A DNA stretch of 64,000 nt from Chrysomallon squamiferum (taxonomy: Eukaryota; Animalia; Mollusca): contig CM022678.1 of assembly GCA_012295275.1 (NCBI GenBank), positions 8,866,001 to 8,930,000 of the forward strand. The letters are read 5' to 3'. The notes below the pieces were generated by a model. That model was not told where the DNA came from. It saw only the letters and a program-made list of their open reading frames with translations, and ran no database searches. Of the stretch, positions 57,116 to 64,000 are shown piece after piece (the first letter of the stretch is position 1; each line of letters starts with the position of its first letter). Made by a program: the position numbers and the translations under genes.

Positions 57116-57811
57116 ACATAGAGAAGCTTCAAGTGGGAGAGACAAACAAATAAATATAAATATTCATAAATAAGCAGAATGTGATGTTTGTTATTACAGA
57201 CAGATAGACAGAAAGACAGACAGATAGCTGTGAACTGTTATTACTACACTACTACATACTATATAATCACTCACCATGACCTTTCAACACGGCTGCAATG
57301 TCAAGGACATCACCTAGTGTCAGTGTCAGAAGTTGACTGTTCCTTTATCTGTGAGAATGGCTGGACAGTGCATCATATTACCCAGCATTCCTAGAGCAAG
57401 ATAAATAAATAAATAAATGAGATGACAAATTTCAATAAATATGAACCATATAAATGTTAAAAATAAAAAACAAATATAACTGTTTACCAGGATGTCCTCC
57501 AAGTGCTGTCAGTTTAATCAGGAAGCTGTCTGCAACTGAAGGGAGACAACTACAAGATGATTCAACTTTCTCCCCTGACTTCTTGACAGTGAGACCTTAA
57601 AATTAATTAAATTTATATAAATAATTCAGAAAGAAAACAACACAACAACAGCATTAACAATAATAAACCCTTTTATTTAGTATTACTTCTTTTTTTCTTA
57701 TTTTTACCATTAGATTAGCTTAGGTTAGAGTTATAGTTAGGATTAGGATTAGGACTAGGATTAGGACTAGTGTTAGGGTTAGGACGAGGGTAAGGATTAG
57801 GTTTAGGCTAT

Positions 57812-57842
<31 letters not shown>

Positions 57843-58029
57843 TTCTTGATTCTTTTTATTGTTCTTTTTTCAAAATGAATTTATTTATTACCAATGGCAG
57901 CAACCAACTTTCTGAAAAGTTCTTCGATTTCATTTTCTTTTAAGTTTTTCTTCTGGTTGTTAAGATACAGTGTTGTTAGTGGTGATGACATCCCAACAAC
58001 TGATAACACTGACAACAGTCTCTCCTTCC
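55062..58029 (-). pseudogene. RRM-like gene fragment, copy C (in-frame 9-nt insertion in first exon; +1 frameshift in last exon)
   Basis: Exon 57892-58029 reads KERLLSVLSVVGMSSPLTTLYLNNQKKNL. ctaccatc at ~55133 versus ctacatc in A and B. Confidence 0.72.
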
Positions 58030-58287
58030 CTGATAGGGAAAAAAATATTAATAAAAAAATGTTTAAAATACTTGTTTAAAGGAAGCAGGAACTACTACTA
58101 TGACTATTGCAACTACAGCTACTGTTCCTACTGCACTCTGTTAAAACTACATAGCTGCTATTATTATTATTACTACTATTACTAAACTAAACTATTATTA
58201 CTACTTCTACTACTACCTACTACAACTACAGCTATATTAACTCCTTTACTACTTTAGCTTTTATTATCACTATCCTACTATGTTAAC

Positions 58288-58393
<106 letters not shown>

Positions 58394-59475
58394 GTGAGGG
58401 ACTGAACTCAAAATGCACAATCTAAAGATACATCAACACCATTAACGTGTCTGAGGTTTATTTCTCGTTGTTTACATGTAAAATACTTGGGAAATTCCTC
58501 CAAGACACCTGGGACATTAATATATGGTAAACACTGTCACTGGTGCTTGCTTAAGGAAGCCAGGACAGTAACAGTCTGCCAGTACTGGTCAGTACAGGGT
58601 GTGACTGTGGTGAAAGAGAGTTCAAGAGAGAAGAGAGAATATCAGGCAAGGGAGAAAGATGTTTGAGAAAATCCTCTGCATTATAATTACTGTGTGTGGT
58701 GGATAACATTGATATCATTGTGTTGCTGTTTTGTTGTATTGCTTCACTTTGTGTTTAAATGTAAATTGTCATTATTGGCCACAACCAATGAAAGGTAGGT
58801 GTTTGTGAAATGTTTGAATGTGAACGAATGACAACTGAGAGTTTTATATTACTTAAAGTTTTAGTATTAATTAACTGAACTATACTGGTATTCACTCAGT
58901 CAAACTGTTTTAACACTATAATATGTAAACTAAGACTGATATGAGTAACTGGGGATTAATGGGGAAATTGTGAAAGTTATGATCTGGGGAATCTTCCTAC
59001 AAACTATAATCACATAAAGAGGCGTGGCCTGTAACTGTTTGGGGTCAGTAAAGTTCACTTTCACATGACCAGTTGTTTACACGTGTGGACTCAGTAATGT
59101 CCAGTGATGGTCAGTAGCCTTGGCTTAGATAACATGTGAGGTAAACAGCCCTGAGTGGCAGCAATTAAGGGCATCTAAATTTAGAAAGTAAATTTAAAAT
59201 AAAGATTCTTGGAGAGGTCAGCTATAATCTGAAATACTGAATTAAAACAAAGTTAGCAGAATAAATTATTTTGTTATTTCATTTAGTGTGTAATAATGAA
59301 TTCAAAGTAAACTAAATTTGTAATCCAAAAGCACCACATATTAAAATACTAATTTAAACAAAGTTTAAATTGACAGAAAATATATTACTAGTTGCTGGCA
59401 TGAGCATGGTATAATTTGCTTTTTGTAACATATCACTGAATTCCCAGCTGACTTTAATTTATAAAGCTTTGCAAA

Positions 59476-60035
59476 ATGGCAAAAGCTACAAAGCTGAAAG
59501 ATCAGGTGGCAGAGTTGCAGGCTGCTTTGCAGGAAGAAAGGGCTGTGACTCAACGACTTAATGAGGATTTGCTGAGTCCTAAACAAGGTGAAAGCAGAAG
59601 TGGTTTGGGAAGTTCTGCATAAGATTTTTGAAGATAGATCATCAGTGCATGAACTTCAGCTATGGTGCCCAACAAGAATTATACTTTGTTGCACCAATTT
59701 GCTGAAAATGTGAGAGACTGAAGAAAGAACTAAAACAATGAGTCCAAGTTGATTGTTTGTTAGATACTGGGTCAATGGTAACTATGATAACTGAGGATTT
59801 CTTCAACAACAACTTTGCTCCACTTGGTATTCAGCTCCTTGCAAGTCAAGGACAGCTCTCACTTAGGGCTGCCAATGGATTGGATATTCTCTACTGTGGA
59901 TATACTGAACTTGACATTGAAGCACTAGGCAAATTAGTTCCTGACAGAGGAATTGTGATGGTGAAGAGGCCTAAAGAACTTGCAGTGATGCAGGCAAAAG
60001 ACAAGTTAATAAAGAGACAGCTGAGACATGGCTAG
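59476..60035 (+). mobile_element. Ty3/Gypsy gag-protease remnant, copy C
   Basis: MAKATKLKDQVAELQAALQEERAVTQRL...* then LDTGSMVTMITEDFF...RAANG. Confidence 0.85.
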
Positions 60036-60169
60036 AGGTAGGAAACCATGCAGAGCTGAGAGGAAATTAGAAGAATCTGGGTTGTTAACACTAATCTGAC
60101 AATGGGACAGATTATTTCTTGAAAACTGTGAACTGTACAGAAACGTAAAGGACAACAACTTGGGAAGTA

Positions 60170-60710
60170 TCACAACAACAGATATGGGTATCCCATGTTT
60201 TGCCACTTCAACAACAGCAGACATGTATCGATGTCTGACAACGATAAATATGGGTATCCCTAGTGTTTTACCACTACAACAACAGCAGACATATAGTCAA
60301 TGTCTGAATAAATATGAGTATGGCTAGTGTCTTACCTCCAGAACAACAGCAGATATCAGACATGTACTTGATGTCTGACCACAAATATGTATCCTTAGTG
60401 TTACACCACTACAACAGCAGACACACAGATGATGTCTCACAAACACTAAATATGGGTAACCCTAGCATTTTACTGGTACAACAATATCAGACATGTAGTC
60501 GGTGTCTGACAATGATATGGGTATCCCTAGTATTTTACCACTAAAACAACAGGAGATATGAAGTCGATGTCTGAAACAATAAATACAGGTATCCCAAGTG
60601 TTTTACCACTACAACAACAGCAGACATGCAGTATGTGTCTGAAAATGATGTGGGTATCCCTAGTGTTTAACACTATAATAATGGGTAACATGTGGCAAAT
60701 GTCTGACAAC
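60170..60710 (+). repeat. Diverged ~66-76-bp monomer array (unexpanded state of the 12853-14942 satellite; also at 49180-49562)
   Basis: About 8 units of aatatgggtatccctagtgttttaccactacaacaacagcagacat-N7-atgtctga. Confidence 0.85.
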
Positions 60711-61282
60711 AATTAAAAAGGTAATAATATCTGGCAACATTTGTCAGTGATTAAAATAGCTATAGCTAGTGGTGGCCATTAGAACATGTGACCAAGGTCT
60801 GACAAAACCTAAAGAAAACCTAGTGAAACCTGTAAAACCCTGAAGAAGACTCCTGAAACAGTCTCCTCTTTGCTTCATAAAGTCCCACACTGAACCAGGT
60901 TCTCCAAGGACCACTTTTCAAAAGTCACTTCTTAAATGAACTTCAACTTTTGCTCCATTTATATTCAAATAACCATATACTGTAAGTACTATTACAATAT
61001 AATTCATAATCAATGCATTTTTTAGGTCTATGTTTTCTTCTTTCTTTCTCACTGTAAAGTGCTTTGAGCCTGCACTGTGGAGGAAAATGTAATATGTTGC
61101 CAATGCTGAAGAAAACTGCAAAGTGGAGTTTACAAATTTTCAAAAATTTTATTTTTGACCACATGAATCAAAAATGAATTTGACACAGGCTGAAATGACA
61201 GAGTGAGGTAAGCTTGACACTTTAAACTGGTTGTTACACAGCTTGACACCCACTACAACATTTAATAAAACAGAATAAACTA

Positions 61283-61733
61283 CAGTGGCTGATCCAGAGG
61301 AGGTGAAATTTTTTTTTTTTTCTGTTCATTCCAAATATAATTAATGAATTTTACAAAGTCACTGTACTGACCAAAATACATTAAACATGATGTAACAGAA
61401 ACCTGTAAGTTATTTGTATCTGTGACATTTAATAATGTCATCTTAAACATAACAGTGTTGCCAATGTACAAAACAAAACAATGGATTGAGATAATTGGTT
61501 GTATTTTAATAACTGGTGCATATACATCACCCAAAGTGTTTGTGACGATCTAACCAATCTAACATTATCAGCATTTATTAGAAAGAGAAGAGTTTACAAT
61601 TTTTACTATAAATCACAACTTGACAAAATACGTGCATTGTTCATCAATTTGGGGAAAAGGCTGGACTCCCAGTAAGTTTATTCCATCCCAATCCAGCCAC
61701 CACCCCCTTATTTAATTTCTGGATCCGCCACTG
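61283..61733. mobile_element. 451-bp hAT-like MITE with 15-bp TIRs
   Basis: cagtggctgatccag (61283-61297) and ctggatccgccactg (61719-61733), 14/15 inverted match. CAGTGGCG-type ends are typical of hAT non-autonomous elements. No 8-bp TSD seen. Confidence 0.65.
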
Positions 61734-61734
61734 A

Positions 61735-62656
61735 ATTGGTTATTCCTATGTTTGACTATGACCAGTGTTTTGCAGTAATTAAACTGGTTATTCCTGTGTT
61801 TGACTATGACCAATGTTTTGCAGTAATTAAACTGGTTATTCCTGTGTTTGACTATGACCAATGTTTTGCAGTAATTAAACTGGTTATTCCTGTTTGACTA
61901 TGACCAATGTTTTGCAGTAATTAAACTGGTTATTCCTATGTTTGACTATGACCAATGTTTTGTAGTAATTAAACTGGTTATTCCTGTGTTTGACTATGAC
62001 CAATGTTTTGCAGTAATTAAACTGGTTATTCCTGTGTTTGACTATGACCAGTGTTTTGCAGTAATTAAACTGGTTATTCCTGTGTTTGACTATGACCAGT
62101 GTTTTGCAGTGATTAAACTGGTTATTCCTGTGTTTGACTATGACCAGTGTTTTGCAGTGATTAAACTGGTTATTCCTGTGTTTGACTATGACCAATGTTT
62201 TGCAGTAATTAAACTGGTTATTCCTGTGTTTGACTATGACCAATGTTTTGCAGTGATTAAACTGGTTATTCCTGTGTTTGACTATGACCAGTGTTTTGCA
62301 GTAATTAAACTGGTTATTCCTATGTTTGACTATGACCAATGTTTTGCAGTAATTAAACTGGTTATTCCTATGTTTGACTATGACCAGTGTTTTGCAGTAA
62401 TTAAACTGGTTATTCCTATGTTTGACTATGACCAGTGTTTTGCAGTGATTAAACTGGTTATTCCTGTTTGACTATGACCAGTGTTTTGCAGTAATTAAAC
62501 TGGTTATTCCTATGTTTGACTATGACCAATGTTTTGCAGTAATTAAACTGGTTATTCCTATGTTTGACTATGACCAGTGTTTTGCAGTAATTAAACTGGT
62601 TATTCCTATGTTTGACTATGACCAGTGTTTTGCAATGATTGAACTGGTTATTCCTG
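61735..62656 (-). repeat. 48-bp minisatellite, ~19 copies (copy C of 11657-12485)
   Basis: Same unit, reverse complement; includes two 46-bp variants. Confidence 0.95.
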
Positions 62657-64000
62657 ACGTTTGGTTCTAGAAATTCTGAAACCATAAAGTATCTCTCATA
62701 TCAGACATTTTATTAATCAAGGGGATATTATAATCTTTATGATTAAAAAAATATTCTTCAAATCTGCTATACAAATGCCAAGATATCTGAATTATTCTTC
62801 AAATCTGCCATAAAAGCAGAAGACATCTTGAATCATTCCACAAATCTGCCATACAAACATGAAGTTATCAAATTATTATGTAAACATGCCAGACAAATAT
62901 GAAGATATCTGAATATTCTACAAATGTGCCACACAAAGATACCTTCATTTATTCTACAAATCTGTATAGTGAACATGATGCCAAAAATTATGTAGAAGAA
63001 AGCTAAACAATTTACAGCAGATAAATTTGGATTATTAGTTAGGATCTTAATCAAGCTAGTTCAACTATGTTCTGGGAAAACAACAGGGGCCCTTTACTGA
63101 AATCCCAGGAGACAGAATTAAAATAGACAAGTAAATATCTGATGAAAAATTAAATTAATAAATAAAATAATGTTTAGAGAAAAATAAATAAAATAAAATA
63201 AAATAAAACATTTAAAATATTTAAAATATAAAATAAAAAATCATCAGCACTCACAGAGAAATTAGAAATAGGAAATGAGAGAAACTAGACTGATCACACA
63301 TCACTCCTGTGTGATGCATGTAAAATATCCTTTGCTGTTAACTGGTAAAAATAAAACTACCAAACAGCTTCATCGTCAAACAAGAAAACATTAATTTCAT
63401 TCAAAGTTGCTTTTTTAAAGAGTTCTATATAATTCAGAAGTTTTCCATATTATTATTATCTCTGAGCTAATGGTGAAATGTTTTATTTCTTTAAATATAT
63501 CATTTATTTTATTTTTATTTTTTATTTTTTTTAAGTTAAATATATTTAAATGTTGTTTGTATGGCAGATTGATGTGAACAAAATCCCACAGACAATATGA
63601 AATATCTGGACGATGATCCAGCATGGTTCAGCTGAATAAAATAAATATTTTGAAACTGGACATCAATTGTTTTATCTTTGTTTATAATATATCTGTTTGA
63701 GGAACACATGAGAAATGGGCTGTTGATGAATATAAACTTTTATAAAATTCTGAAACTGTTTGTCCCATCTGTGTCTACTACCAAGTATAAATCCCGTGAA
63801 AAGTTCATTTTTATAATTACATGAAATCAACTTAACATCCCCTCCACTGAAATAGGCTTGCATCATCTAACAGCAAAGAGTTAACTAATAATAAACACAA
63901 CCTGTTGTAATTCAATGTATAATACAGGTTAAAACTGGGACCATTTATCAGCAAATACAATAACTGAAAAAAATCTCAGTATCTTTACAATAAAAACATT

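Noticed and set aside
58500-61260. LTR pair, PBS and PPT around the Gypsy remnant (e.g. ggaggaaaa|tgtaa at ~61080)
   Set aside because: No matching direct repeats were found on both sides by eye.

Overview
AT-rich animal genomic DNA, dense in microsatellites and minisatellites, with spliceosomal introns. A lophotrochozoan/mollusc origin is inferred only from repeat style. Two 200-N gaps (31924-32123, 49563-49762) split the window into three contigs. These carry three colinear, diverged copies of one >15-kb segment: copy A on + (~10299-30240), and copies B (33080-36790 plus 42330-49562) and C (49763-64000) on -. The window therefore reads as a giant imperfect palindrome whose right arm is tandemly duplicated. 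The segment holds a multi-exon gene fragment with RRM-like motifs, disabled in the same exon by a different lesion in each copy. It also holds a deleted Ty3/Gypsy gag-protease remnant, a hAT-like MITE, a MULE remnant, LINE 3' ends and a YY1/ETS/CRE-type promoter. Copy A has at least six minisatellite arrays whose units are single or low copy in B/C. The palindrome spacer holds a candidate secreted-peptide gene (signal-like N-terminus, acidic spacer, RR, His/Cys pentapeptide repeats) behind a ~100-bp element present four times. Most ORFs in the supplied track are microsatellite read-throughs. No intact recognisable gene, rRNA, tRNA or CRISPR array was found. All coordinates and copy numbers were read by eye.
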